This document shows positions 1-12,696 of a stretch of DNA of 47,353 nt, piece after piece. The DNA comes from Octopus bimaculoides. Taxonomy: Eukaryota. The stretch covers positions 143,459,548 to 143,506,900 of the forward strand of contig NC_068983.1 in NCBI RefSeq assembly GCF_001194135.2. Direction: 5' to 3'. Position 1 is the first letter of the stretch; the number at the start of each line of letters is the position of its first letter. The notes beneath the pieces were generated by a model. The model saw nothing but the letters and a program-made list of their open reading frames with translations, made no database searches and was not told where the DNA came from. Position numbers and translations under genes: made by a program.

Positions 1-332
1 ATGAGATGCACCATTTTGAGCGTGGCCGTTGCCAGTACCGCCTGACTGGCTCCTGTAGGATTTTCGAGCGAGATCGTTGCCAGTGCCCCTGGACTGGCTT
101 GTGCGGGTGGCACATAAAAGACACCATTTCGAGCGTGGCCGTTTCCGTGCGGGTGACACATAAAAGCACCCACTACACTCTCTGAGTGGTTGGCGTTAGG
201 AAGGGCATCCAGCTGTAGAAACTCTGCCAAATCAGACTGGAGCCTGGTGTTGCCATCCGGTTTCACCAGTCCTCAGTCAAATCGTCCAACCCATGCTAGC
301 ATGGAAAGCGGACGTTAAACGATGATGATGAT
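1..332 (+). mobile_element. 3' UTR/tail of an RTE-clade LINE (or its SINE partner), ending in (GAT)n
   Basis: Contains the motif ggttggcgttaggaagggcatccagctgtagaaactctgcc...gcggacgttaaacgatgatgat. The same tail lies downstream of an RTE ORF fragment at 33311-34155 (across a gap). Confidence 0.8.
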
Positions 333-1729
333 CTACTCTGCTCTTCATTTTCTAAGTCTTACATATATCTTTAGAATTTAATGTGGTAGTGCTGGAGCTG
401 ATGAAGATTATAGTAATGATGATTTGTTATTTAATTCCATGTTAACTGTGACTGAAGGGTCCTTGTTATGAACATCTTGTTCTGTTTTAGACACAGTACA
501 TCAAATGTATCTTTATTTATTTAAGATAGCACAGTGTGATTTGAAGAAGATTTGGTTATGATTTCCAACCACATAGAAACTATCTTATTGGCTCATGATA
601 ATGATGACAATGATGCTGATAATAATGAGGATGTTGATAGTGATGGTGGTGTGGTGGTAGCAGCAGTAATGAGAAAGATGACAGTGTTAATGGTGATGAC
701 AATGAAGACAACTCTACCACACACACACACACACACACACACAAGTGCAATAGTTTTAAGATTAAAGTGCTGATCCTTTCAATTGGCAAGGTATTGGAGT
801 TGCCAGCTGAAATGCTGATGGTCAAGACACTCACTGGATGCTCAGTTGGCACAGAAATGTACCTGGTTGTAAATAGGTGGCATAAGCAACAACAGAAATA
901 CTAAAATATTGATGACTGTTTTGTTAGTTTACAGAGACAACTTCAAATTCTCCTGTATGTATAGCTTGTAAAGATGTCAGCTTAGCTAAGATGACCCGTC
1001 TTTTACCCTCTACTTAAACCTGAAGCTAATAGTTCTCCCACTCCCAACCAATACTTTGTGAATTTCCCATGAACCACTAAATAAAAGAAATTGACATGAA
1101 CCAAGGAGCTGTAAGTTTATTTATTTATTTATGTGTGTGAAATATTTCCCAACTCTCTCTCCCCAACTACCATTAGTAAATATTACTCCCAATTTTGTCC
1201 CCAACTACTTTTAGTAAATATTTGAAAAGGCTGTAAATAAAGAAACACAAAGAAAAGGAGAAAGGTAAGCATGAATGAGAGAGCAATGGATATTCTATTT
1301 ACAATGTTCAGGTTATTGTTGTGTAGCCTAAAGTCAGCCCTGATTGAGCAGGCTTATGACATGTGGGTAGTCAACCAAATGGTAAGGTGTGACCTACAGG
1401 TTTGTCTTCCCAGTTATAACATGCCCACCCATCCCACCCAACCCCATCTGAGAACCCTATTACATACTCTGACATTCACTTATGACTCAAATGGAGTGCT
1501 GCATGACAATCTGGACATTTCCACTCTCTCCATTATCCAGTCTCTTCCTGTGCACTCATTACACTCATAGATTCTGGTTGTGGCCCTAGCAGATGTAAAC
1601 AAGGTAGACTTGATTAAAGATCAGCAGTTGCTGTTCCTCTTTACTTATTGTTCATATAGAGTACACCTTACACAAGTTTTAGAGCTATAGTTGTTGCAAC
1701 TATTTTTCTGTGTGTATATATTCCTATTT

Positions 1730-2560
1730 CTTGTCTGGGCTGAATGGAGAGATAGTCGTCTTTTTTTTTTTTATTTGCTGCTTAGATGTCTGGATGTTGT
1801 ATACATGTCTTGTGAGAGTTCATTACACTGTTAGTTTTATGGTTTAGCTTGGATACAAATATTTACTAGCTTCATTTTTCTATTCTTTACAGTTTTTTTT
1901 TTTGTTATTGTTTTGTTTAGTCATTTGGTGCTGAGTTTATTTTGGTTGTGTGTATATTGCATTTGAGGTTGTCTTTGGTTTTATGACATCAGCTATTTCT
2001 AGTGTGCAATTGGGGTTGTATTCTTTTTATGTTACCTTGTGGAATATGTTTTGCAATACATCTATAATTATTTTATTGAATATATATATATTGCAGTTTC
2101 TATTTTGGTGATTATGATATCATTGATTTCTATAATCCTTGATTCTGTTTCATGGTGAAACTTACTATGTTCTTTTTTTTTTTTTTTTCGAAAGAGCTTT
2201 GTTTTGTTCTTTTAGGTTTTTGTTTTTTTATCTATTTTGCTCTCTTTGTTGGTATGCAAGTGTGTTTTAATAATAATTGGAAGGTATTCCAGGGTAAGTT
2301 GGAGGATTTCATGCTAAGTGTTTGTGTAAGTTGAATGTGTGGATCAGAAGATGATATCTAAGAAAGAATTGTTGGAGTTGGTTTGATGTAAATTGCCTAG
2401 GATGTAAAAAGAATTTATATTATCTCTCTTGGAATGTATTAAACACTTCCTAAGGTGTTTAATTCATTGAAATCTTTTTATGATGGTATTTGTGAGAATG
2501 TGTAAGTGTTGTAGTTGAGGTGCATAACCTGATGAAATGGTATTTATATGTTTATTGAAT
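1730..2560 (-). mobile_element. Possible highly decayed LINE relic
   Basis: Strong strand asymmetry (A/C-rich minus strand) and stop-interrupted peptide fragments loosely reminiscent of I/Jockey-group C-termini. No diagnostic motif. Confidence 0.2.
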
Positions 2561-3770
2561 TTATGATTTAAGGGTGGTGGATTGGCAAAATCCACTAACC
2601 CTACATTATATCAATCCTATCTGAGTACTGGGTTCCATATCATCAACTTCTCCATTCTCAAAAAATTTTAGACTTTGTGTCTATATAAGTAAATAGGCTT
2701 GGTACTTCTCTATTTACACAGCCTCACAGAACTCCTCCTATGAAAAACACTAGTGTACATTATTCAGATATGTGGACATATATTCAGTTTATTTGATGGG
2801 TTATTAATAAGATTTTGCTACCAAATAAAATGTTTATAACGCTACATGTGTCTCAAGTAGTGTTGATCAAGTATACATAAGGAAAACAGACAGTAAAGAA
2901 ATATAAATAACAGATAAAAGCCACATAACACACACTGATTTGATTAACTGATGCTGAGTGTGCAAATGAATAAAATGTTTCTAAGGTTTCACATAGAGCA
3001 TACTTATGATAAGACGGAGTAAAGTAAGATATAGTATTAACAATAAAGGAAAAGATGGGTTTTAGATGAATATTTTATCAAGTGATTGGTAAGATTAAGA
3101 AGGCAAAATGTCCAACTTCACAATATCATATATACAAACATACTTGCACACACACACACAAAGAAGTAAGGTAGTAGTTGTAAGATATACAGATAAACCA
3201 TCAAGTGAAATCACCAAATCCATCTTTATAGATATATACGTGTGTGTATGTTTTGTAGAAATTTGAAGTGATTTCAGGTGGGATTAGAAGACAGCGGGAA
3301 TTTAGGTAATTGCTGATTATGGACACTGGAGACTATATAAGTAGAGATGATGGTGGTGGTGGTGGTGGCTGTAATGATGATGAAGATAATGGTGATGATG
3401 ATGACAATACCATCACAACTGTTGACATTGGGGTGAGAAAGATTCTTGTACCATGAAGAGGAGTGATGATGCTTGCAAGGTTGAAGATGATGAAGACGAC
3501 AGACAGAGATACAAGAACTGCAAACTGTAAATTGGTATTGGGGGAAATAGGGGGCTTTTTGGTCGGAAAAGAGTAGAGGGGAAATCTTTTAAAAAAAAAT
3601 GTGAGACAAGTTTTAGAATTGCCATAATCATCATCATCATCATCATCTTCATAATGTCATTACTGCTACCAAAACTAACAGCAGCATAATTCACTTTTAT
3701 CATAACCACTTCCAGCTATCATAAACACATGTACACAGGTATATGTATTATAGCATCAGCAGTAAATTAG

Positions 3771-3971
3771 CCTTTAGCATTTAAGCTGGCCCATATCTGG
3801 TGAAGATATTCTTCCTGTTTTATGTTCAAACTGGCCAAATCCAACCTCTCACACCCACCCAACAATGTCACACAATCGAAACCTCAAAGTTATAAGATAA
3901 TGCTGGATACGTTCAAATCAATGCAGATAAATAAGTATTACATTTGACAGAATAGTCTGAATGCTAAAGGG
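3771..3971. mobile_element. piggyBac-like MITE
   Basis: Termini cctttagcatt / aatgctaaaggg are inverted repeats, flanked by ttag (left) and ttaa (right), consistent with a TTAA target. Confidence 0.65.
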
Positions 3972-4199
3972 TTAATGTCCACTTTTTCATTGGAATTTTT
4001 ATGGTTGGATGGCCTTGCTGTGTCAAGCCACACCTGTTTGCAAGCAAAGTAATATTTCCCCTTCATTTGACATGTTTTCACAAAAGATTAGAACCAAAAT
4101 GACATTGCCTATTACAATGACACTCATTTTCTACTACCATGCTATGTCAAGACAAGAAGACACAAAAACACACACATACACACACATATATACATATAC

Positions 4200-4516
4200 G
4201 TAGGAGCACTCCATCGGTTACGACGAAAATGGTCCCAGCTGATATGATCAACAGAATGGCTTGCTTGTGAAATTAACGTACAAGTGGCTGAGAACTCCAT
4301 ATACACGTGTGCCCTTAACATAGTTTTCAGGGAGATTCAGCATCACACAGGGTGTGACAAGGCTGGCTCTTTGAAATACAGGTACTACTCATTTTTTGCC
4401 AGCTTAGTGAACTGGAGCAGTGTGAAATAAAGTGTCTTGCTCAAGGACATGACGCGTCCTCGAGAATTGAACTAACAACCTTACGATTGTGAGCCGAATG
4501 CCCTAACCACTAAGCC
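4200..4516 (-). mobile_element. tRNA-derived SINE (family C)
   Basis: Minus strand begins ...tggcttagtggttagg (A box) ... agttcaattc (B-box-like), then gtccttgagcaagacactt and a body. Confidence 0.75.
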
Positions 4517-4574
4517 ATGTTCCTTCACACATATACATATACATACATACATACATACATACATACACATATAC

Positions 4575-4745
4575 ATACATATTTCTACAATGAACTTCTT
4601 TCAGTTTCTGTTTATCAAACACACTTACAAAGCTTTGGCCAGCCTAGAGCGATCATAGAAGACACTTGTCCAAACCACACAATAGGACTGATCCCCAAAC
4701 CATGTGGTTGGGAAGAGCAACTTCTTAAGCACACAGTCATGCCTA
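4575..4745 (-). mobile_element. tRNA-derived SINE (family B)
   Basis: Reverse complement of the family-B head and body (aagaagttgctcttcccaaccacatgg...ccaaagc..tgt.ag) seen at 47168 and 28378. Confidence 0.75.
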
Positions 4746-4757
4746 TGTATTTATGTA

Positions 4758-4812
<55 letters not shown>

Positions 4813-5010
4813 NNNNNNNNNNNNNNNNNNNNNNNNNNNNNNNNNNNNNNNNNNNNNNNNNNNNNNNNNNNNNNNNNNNNNNNNNNNNNNNNNNNNNNNN
4901 NNNNNNNNNNNNNNNNNNNNNNNNNNNNNNNNNNNNNNNNNNNNNNNNNNNNNNNNNNNNNNNNNNNNNNNNNNNNNNNNNNNNNNNNNNNNNNNNNNNN
5001 NNNNNNNNNN
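4813..5010. other. Assembly gap (N-run) flanked by (TA)n
   Basis: Run of n. Other gaps: 13045-13370, 17735-17944, 27226-27560, 33545-33835, 35848-36259. Confidence 1.
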
Positions 5011-5264
5011 ATGTATATATATAACAATAATATTAGGGATAAAAATCCAAATTTACAGGTAAAAACTCAATTAAATTCAATTTATTAAAAATTAAAATTA
5101 AATTAAGTTTAACAGTATAATATATAGTTTTAGAGAAAAGAACCAAGGTTCATGAACTCATCGATGAAAATCCACAGTCACATATAGAAAAATTAATAAG
5201 TAAAAGCACAATAAATAAGTATAAAATAATACAAAGTAAATATCATAAGATAATGATAATAAAA

Positions 5265-5371
5265 CGACTACACGTGTTTCATAACCAAATTTTCAAATAG
5301 AAAAAATATTTAAATCGATTAAAACTATTGAAAATCAATTCTATTCAAAAATATAGCTAATCTTCAGGTCA
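5265..5371 (-). ncRNA. Type I hammerhead ribozyme motif with long stem II (Penelope-like repeat, about 5030-5450)
   Basis: Minus strand: UGAC-CUGAAGA-[80-nt AU-rich hairpin]-GAAAC-ACGU-GUA-GUCG. Core intact, palindromic loop III, stem I UGAC/GUCG. Confidence 0.65.
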
Positions 5372-5456
5372 AATTACATGAGCAGTCAACAGCCATCCAA
5401 CAAATTATCTGTAAATATGTATATATCTTTTTCTTTTTTTCTTATATGTATATATA

Positions 5457-5650
5457 TGAACAACAACAACAACAACATCGAAAAATTCCTTAGGAATGAA
5501 AACCCAGGTTCGAAATTTCCCTAAAATACCTGAAGAAGGCTGGAGGGTATATCAGCTGTAACGTTGTGTTAACAACAAACAAGATGAGGACAAATATCCG
5601 TTGAATGTATATAATGTACATAATTCCTCATCTCTTAAATATAGAACTGT
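5457..5650 (+). mobile_element. Headless copy of the tRNA-hammerhead unit, ribozyme core mutated
   Basis: Matches the tail of 41911-42523. AAUAC-CUGAAGA-A-GGCUG...CAGCU-GUAAC-GUU-GUGUU at 5525-5570, with GAAAC changed to GUAAC. Confidence 0.85.
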
Positions 5651-7619
5651 ATGTAGGAAAGAAGGAGTAAAGAGTTTGAAAAGAAATATATAAAGGAGAG
5701 CATAAAGAAGAAAAGTAAGAACAAATATATACGAATGATTGCAAAACAGGACTGACACCATCCAATACAGCCAGGTTCCTTTGTCATTGCACTTACTATA
5801 CCATTTTCTCTTCCATTTCTAATTCTTTGAGATTTATTGTTTAGTTGTTTATACCATCAGAACTAAAGCCATCATGCTTTACTACTTTCTAAAGTGACTG
5901 CTCTATCCCTTGAAGACAATCATCATACATTGTCTATTCGTTTTTGGATAATGTCTATTCAAACATTGCTTGCTGCAGGCTTGAAGCCTTTGTCAACTTG
6001 TATAGGCTTCTTCCCCTATATCAGTTTTTATGAATAATTTATCTGGATTAATTGGAAGTTGTAGTATATGCAGATACCATATTGTTTCCAGGTGATTTTC
6101 TCTTTATCTTTTTATTTTTGTATGGTGGGAAGCTTTTTGTCAAAAAATCAATTAAACTCCGTAATACTCTTTGAGTACCAAGTTATTGAAATATCGCTTT
6201 GTTATATAGATATATAGCTGACAGCTCAGCCCACTTTCTAAGATCTTAACGCTCACTTAATTTGTTTTTATACCGTCACTTCATTTTAGAGTTCTTTTTT
6301 TTTCCCATTCACACACAAGGTTCCAGACAGATTTTGACTTCAATTTTAACCAATTGATGTGTGTCATTCAAGCATGTCCAGCATTATTTTGAATTTTCTC
6401 ACGTTATAAAAGACTTGGTTTGTGACTGGCTATACCCCATTACAAAGTAAAGAAAAGACGATTATACCCCACACTCAGTCTCTCATTTCATTCTGTCACT
6501 CTTGCTTATTTTTCTCCCATACTCTCTACACTGATGAATAGAGTTGTAGGTTTGTGCAGTTATTCCATAACATTTGATTTTGTGTCTCTCCCCACGTTAC
6601 TTCATACATGCATACACAGTGTCACATTCTATGAGAAGAATGTGTTCTCACACATGGCTTCTCACATACAGAGATTACATTTTGCATAATCAATCTGTAC
6701 TACATGACATCTTGATTCTTCACATACATTGCAATGCATACACACACATTATCACATGGTAACAAACATGTAAGGTAGCAAATGAAGTGGCAGAGTTATT
6801 AGAGCAGTAGATGGACTGCCTTGTAGTATTTGTCTTGACTCTTTTGTGTTCTGTGTTCAAATCTCACCAAAGTTAACTGTCTTTCATTCTTTTTGGTGTC
6901 AATGAAAAAGTACCTTTCCAGGGCAGCAGACTAACAGAACTATTAAAGCATTGGATGAGATGCCTTGCAATATGAATTGGCCTAAAAGTGGTAGCCCTTC
7001 CCTTGGACAACATCAGTGGTGTGAGGAGAGAAAACTTGTATGAATTAGCAATTTCCAGTTTTCTGCAAAAAGAAAAAAATTACCCAGGCCTACAGTTACA
7101 GGTGCAGATATATAGTCAATCATGTTTCACAGTCCACCACCACCACCACCACTACCACCACCAAGCAAATACCATAAAAATAACAAGCATGTTATAACAT
7201 ATATGCATATATAATGTTCAATACAATGTTCTCTCTGCAGACACAGTTTGAGACTGAAAGAACACCTTTACACACACACACACACATTACTGTGGATAGA
7301 AACACACAGACACAAATTATTGTTTAAAATATTTCTTCACAGACAGTTTTGTTGAACTTTTGAACTCTGACAATATTTCAAATATTTCCATTCGTATTAA
7401 CTTTTCCATATTCTGAAGATGAATTGTATTTGATTCCACACAATTTTCTCTTTTGTTCTTATTGCTGTTGCTTTTATATCATAAGTTGAATTGTGTTTTA
7501 CTGAACATTTTAACTGCACACCTTCTGTTATACATTATACTTTTTCTTATTATATCTTTATATCTTTATACCACACCTCTCCCACCTCCGTTGATGTGGT
7601 CTTGTGAGTTTCTTGTGAT

Positions 7620-7850
7620 CTCCATCATGCCAGTGCCACATAGAAAGCACCCAATACACTCTGTGAAGTGGTTGGTGTCAGGAAGGACATCCAGCCCTAG
7701 GAACCATGCCAAAGCAGACATTAGAGCAGTGTACAGTCCTTTGGCTTATTGGCTTCTGTCAAACTGTTCAACCATGCCAGTACAGAAAACAGACATTAAA
7801 TGATGACAACGAGGAAGACAACGATGAAGACAATGATGATGATGATGATG
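7620..7850 (+). mobile_element. Diverged RTE-type 3' tail
   Basis: gtggttggtgtcaggaaggacatccagcc...acagacattaaatgatgac, homologous to 1-332. Confidence 0.7.
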
Positions 7851-8696
7851 ATCGTTTAGTTCACTGTCATATGTCATAACTGATTTATATCATTATTGAA
7901 AGAAAGAAATTTGTTAGCTTATTTATGCTTTTTATCTATATGCTCAGTTTTATATATATTCTCAGTTGGTAAACTGACTTCAAATATACAGTAATCTTAT
8001 AATTCAGCAGGAATGACAACAATGAATGAAATGAATCTATTGCTGCTATCCTTATCATCAATCTTTTATACAGCCTCATTAACTTTTTGATGAAGTTTTT
8101 ACAATAATGAAATATAGTCATTTCTCAGTTGGAAACAGGTGAGAGTTGGCATCAGAAAGGGCATCCAGCCATAGAAAACCTGCCACACCAAAAGTGCTGC
8201 ACATATGTATACTCCTGTCTGTGATACTTCATCTTATATTCTTTAGATATATAAATAAACTTTCCCTGGTTTCCTTGATTGTTTGTTCTTTCTTGTATAG
8301 AACCCGGTTGAGTCCAGGAATGAATCACATGATCTGTTGTTTATTTATGCTTCATGACTAATATTGCATTGCGTTTGTAAGGAACACAAGTCTCAGACAG
8401 CTATAGGTACCACACGGCAGAAGCAACATACTATAGCAAACAACAATAGCACTGGTACTGTTTAATTTACATGTATTTGATTAATTTGCCATATTAAGTT
8501 GAGATGAAAACTTCAAGAAACCATCATCATATCTAGATTCATCTTCTACAAGCTTAATGGTGTAGTAGCCAGAGATAGGTAAGTACAAGTCCATTAGATC
8601 CCAAAGGTCTATGAAAAAACATCCCTATTATACATATGATGACTTCAAGGCTCTATTTTCATTGCAGCACATTTTTACATTTATGATATATATATA

Positions 8697-9030
8697 TATC
8701 ATCATCATCATCATCATCGTTTAACGTCCGCTTTCCATGCTAGCATGGGTTGGACAATTTGACTGAGGACTGGTGCAACTGGATGGCTACACCAGGCTCC
8801 AATCTAATTTGGCAGAGTTTCTACAGCTGGATGCCCTTCCTAACGCCAACCACTCAGAGAGTGTAGTGGGTGCTTTTATGTGTCACCCGCACGAAAACGG
8901 CCACGCTCGAAATGGTGTCTTTTATGTGCCACCTGCACAAGAGCCAGTCCGGGGGCACTGGCAGCGACCTCGCTCGAAAACCCTACAAGGCCAGTCAGGC
9001 GGTACTGGCAACGGTCACGCTCAGGATATA
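8697..9030 (-). mobile_element. Young RTE-type 3' tail
   Basis: Near-identical to 33311-33544 and the reverse complement of 1-332, with a (CAT)n end. Confidence 0.85.
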
Positions 9031-9043
9031 TATATATATGTAT

Positions 9044-9081
<38 letters not shown>

Positions 9082-9530
9082 ACATCGTGTGCATACGTGT
9101 GTGTGTGTGTGAATATATTAAGAAAAAAGAGGTACTAAGAATTTTGAATAAATGTCTATTTAGCACATTCATCTCTTTTGAGAGATACATCAAGAATGAT
9201 TTTTTTTTTTTACAGAAAATTTATACCATTTTTATATATGTGAGTTAGTTGAAAAAAATCTGGAGTTGAATTGGGAAGAGAATGTTCTTTGCTATTTTAA
9301 ATCTATAGGTCTGTGTATATAGCTATGTGTGTGTATGTATGTGTGTGTAAGTATGTGTGTATGGTGAATTTTTGGAAGCTTGCATAGAGAGAGGGAAAAA
9401 AAGAAAGAGAAATGGGTCTTTTCTGAGATGGTTGAAATTGCATGATTTTTTTTGGTCAGTTGTCATGCTATCCATCCATTTCTGGGATGGTTGAAATCAG
9501 TGACAGTTCAAGAGGTCAATTTTATTTTAC

Positions 9531-10865
9531 ATATAAATGTACGCATATATACATACATATATGTACATACCTACATATATATGTATACATACATATATGG
9601 GTAAAGGACATCAAACAATGTGGACAAAATGAGAAATGAGAACATAAAAATAAAAACATAGAAAACGAACTTTTTTTTCGAACAACAAATAAAACAAACA
9701 GAGAAACAAGACATGCAACATAAAAAACATTCCTTTCATCAGTTGCTCCCTGTTTTATCTACTCTGCGTTTCGAAGGTAAGGACAAGACGCATCTTTGTT
9801 AAAACAGTCCTTCCCTCAAAGCAAATTGAATAAAATTTGGGATTTTTTGCAGAGGGTGAAAGTGGTAACAAAAACAGGACAGTGAGAACAAAACAGTAAA
9901 AACAAACGGTGAGGGCTGTTAAGCCAAGAGGATGTGAAGTGGTGAACGCTGGAAAAACAAGCCTTGAGAAGAGACAGATAAGAGCACCTCTTGTCTTTAG
10001 AAAGGAAGTGGAAGAAAGAAAGATGGATAGCCGTTAGTCACGTGTGAGCGAGAGAGTGAAGGAGGAAGAGTGAGAGAGAGAGGGAACAGTGAAGGAGAGA
10101 GGAGAAGAATAGGGAAAGGGTGGGAGAAAAAAACAGAAATGAAGAAGAACAAGAGAGGGAAACAGACAGAAAAGAGATTTATCTATCTCCCTCTCTTCTT
10201 CTTCGTTTCTGTTCTTCTCTTCCACCCTTTCCCTATTCTTCTCCTCTCCCCTTCACCGTTCCCTCTCTCTCTCTCTCACTCTTCCTTCTTGACTCTCTCA
10301 CTCACACGGGACTAACGGCCATCCATCTTTCTTTCTTCCACTTCCTTCCTAAAAACAAGACATGCTTTTATCTGTCACTTCTCAAAGCTTGTTTTTCCAG
10401 AGTTCACCACTTCACATCCCCTTGGCTTAACAGCCCTCACCATTTGTTTTTACTGTCTTGTTCTCACTGTCCTGTTTTTGTTACCACTTTCACCCTCTGC
10501 AAAAAATCCTAAATTCTATTTAATTTGCTTTGTGGGAAGGACTGTTTTAATGAAGGTGCATCTTGTCCTTACCGTCAAAATGCAGAGTAGATAAAACAAG
10601 GGACAACTGATGAAGGGAATGTTCTTCATGTTGCATGTCTCGTTTCTCTGGGTTTTTTTTCATTGTTCAAAAACGTTCGTTTTCTATGTTTTTGTTTTTT
10701 ATGTTCTCATTTTTCATTTCTCATTTTGTCCACGTTTTTGATATCCTTTACCCATATATGCATGTATATATACATATATATGTAGGTATGTACATATATG
10801 TATATATATGTAGGTATGTACATATGTAGGTATGTACATATATGTATATATGCGTATATTTATAT
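9531..10865. repeat. 1.3-kb palindrome (head-to-head inverted duplication, arms about 640-690 bp, spacer about 10 bp)
   Basis: 9531-10169 is the reverse complement of 10179-10865 along its full length, including the flanking microsatellites, with scattered mismatches. Confidence 0.95.
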
Positions 10866-10919
10866 CTTATTTTATTATATGATCGAATGCCATGCATCCT
10901 TTTCCAAGTAACTTTTATC

Positions 10920-11490
10920 TCAATTTTCTTTTAGTCGTATTTTTTTGTCAATGTTATTCAGCCATAGAAAATAGACTTTATCAAAACTGTGTTGGAAGGA
11001 TTTTAAGCATGTGTGTGTGTGTTTAAGCATATGTGCATGAGAGAGAGAGAGCGAGAGAGAGAGTGTGTATGTGTTGTGTGTTAGCTACTTAAATGAATTT
11101 TTCCAGTTATTTTAGTAACAGCAACAAGAACATTTTAATAAGGATTTTTCATGTGTTTGTCAATACATTTGTTTGTTTTTATACTTAAACTAAATATATA
11201 AAAAAGAAAAAAAATATATTTATGAACACACAAAACATCCTTATTAAAATATCCTCGTTGTTTGTTACTAAAATAACTGGAAAAATTCACTTATGCAACC
11301 AGCACATAACATACACACTCTCCCATACAAATATGCCTAAACACACACGCACATACACACACATTTAAAAACCTTCCAAAACAATGTTGATAGACTCCAT
11401 TTTTTATGGCTGGATAACATGACAAAAAAATTACAATGACTAAAAAAAAAATTGAACTCTTGAACTGCCGTTAATTTCAAGCATTTCTGG
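10920..11490. mobile_element. Foldback/MITE-like inverted repeat element
   Basis: 10920-11170 pairs with 11215-11460 (e.g. ttccagttattttagtaaca / tgttactaaaataactggaa). The outer left arm appears displaced to about 9480-9530. Confidence 0.75.
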
Positions 11491-11591
11491 AAAAGGCCTC
11501 TTTCTTTCTTTCTTTTTCTTTATTAAAATATTGCGTAATGAAATCAGTTCATTCTTTTTAAATAACCCTGTATATATTTCTGTTTTAGATA

Positions 11592-11970
11592 TAAGGCCTG
11601 AAATTCTGGAGGGTGGGGCTAATTTATTACATCAACTGGGACTTATTTTCCTTGACCCCCCCCCCAAAGGATTAAAGTCAAAAGTCAACCTTGGCAGAAT
11701 TTGAACTCAGAATATAGACAGAAAAAATGATGCTAGGCATTTTGTCCACCACACTAATGATTTTACCAGTGCACTGCCATAATAATAATAATCTTTTCGA
11801 CTAAAGGCACAAGGACTGAAATTTGCGAGGAGGGGACTAGTCGATTACATCAACCCCCAACTGGTATTTCATTTATCAACCGCAAAAGAATGAAAGGCAA
11901 AGTCAACCTCAGTGGAATTTGAACTCAGAACATAGCTGCAGATGAAATGGTACTAAGCATTTTGCCCCAC
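11592..11970 (-). mobile_element. Two tandem tRNA-derived SINEs (family A)
   Basis: Each carries aaaggatgaaaggcaaagtcaacct..ggaatttgaactcagaa (reverse complement of B box plus core). They are separated by (AAT)n. Confidence 0.85.
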
Positions 11971-11989
11971 AAAGGATGAAGAGGACAAT

Positions 11990-12420
11990 ACAAAGACAGG
12001 CATAAAATGTTGGGGTTTACATATAATGAAATGATAAAAAAAGAAAATAATGTAAGTATAAATGGTATGCAATGTAAAAGAAGGGACATATGCATAGTAT
12101 GCAAAGGGTAAAAAAAAATGGTTGGGGAGAGGATGACAGAGATGTAGCCCTTCTGATACAGGTTAACCTCAAGGGATAATTGAGGAACCCCACTGTCTGA
12201 GATTTCCCTGAACACCAAAAGCAAATGCTCTCTCCAATTGCTTCTCTCTGACTCACAGGTCTACACTTAGAGAAGTGCCATCCACTCTTGACATTTTTGC
12301 AACTTTCACCCATCTTTCAGTAAACTTACTTGAGAACAGCACTTCCCTCTCCACTCTCAGTTTCATTTTCAAGTGAAACTTGAAGAAGTCAATGAGAGTT
12401 CTAACAAAGAGGAATAATAA
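11990..12420 (-). mobile_element. 3' end of a probable L1/Tx1-type LINE
   Basis: Minus-strand peptide LIDFFKFHLKMKLRVEREVLFSSKFTERWVKVAKMSRVDGTSLSVDL* resembles Tx1-like ORF2 C-termini (from memory), followed by a UTR-like segment. Confidence 0.4.
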
Positions 12421-12449
12421 TAATAAAAATAATAATAATAATAGTAATT

Positions 12450-12655
12450 TCAAATTTTGGCACAAGGCCAGCAATTTCAGGGCTGGGGTAAGTCAATCAC
12501 ATTGATGCCAGTATTTAACTGGTACCTATTTTATTGTCCCCAAAAGGACGAAAAGCAAGGTCAACCTCAGTGGAACTCAGAATGTGGAGATAAACAAAAT
12601 ACCTATAGGCATCTTGTCCGGTATGCTAACGATCCTGTTAGCTTGTCACCTTAAC

Positions 12656-12696
<41 letters not shown>

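Noticed and set aside
6525-6580. CUGAUGA-containing hammerhead-like segment
   Set aside because: No GAAA strand and no matching stem I partner. At best a decayed relic.
9730-9780. Permuted hammerhead (GAAAC-GCAGA-GUA...CUGAUGA) in the palindrome arms, also at about 10570-10615
   Set aside because: No stem I can be formed, stem II is weak, and GAAAC is not conserved in the right arm.
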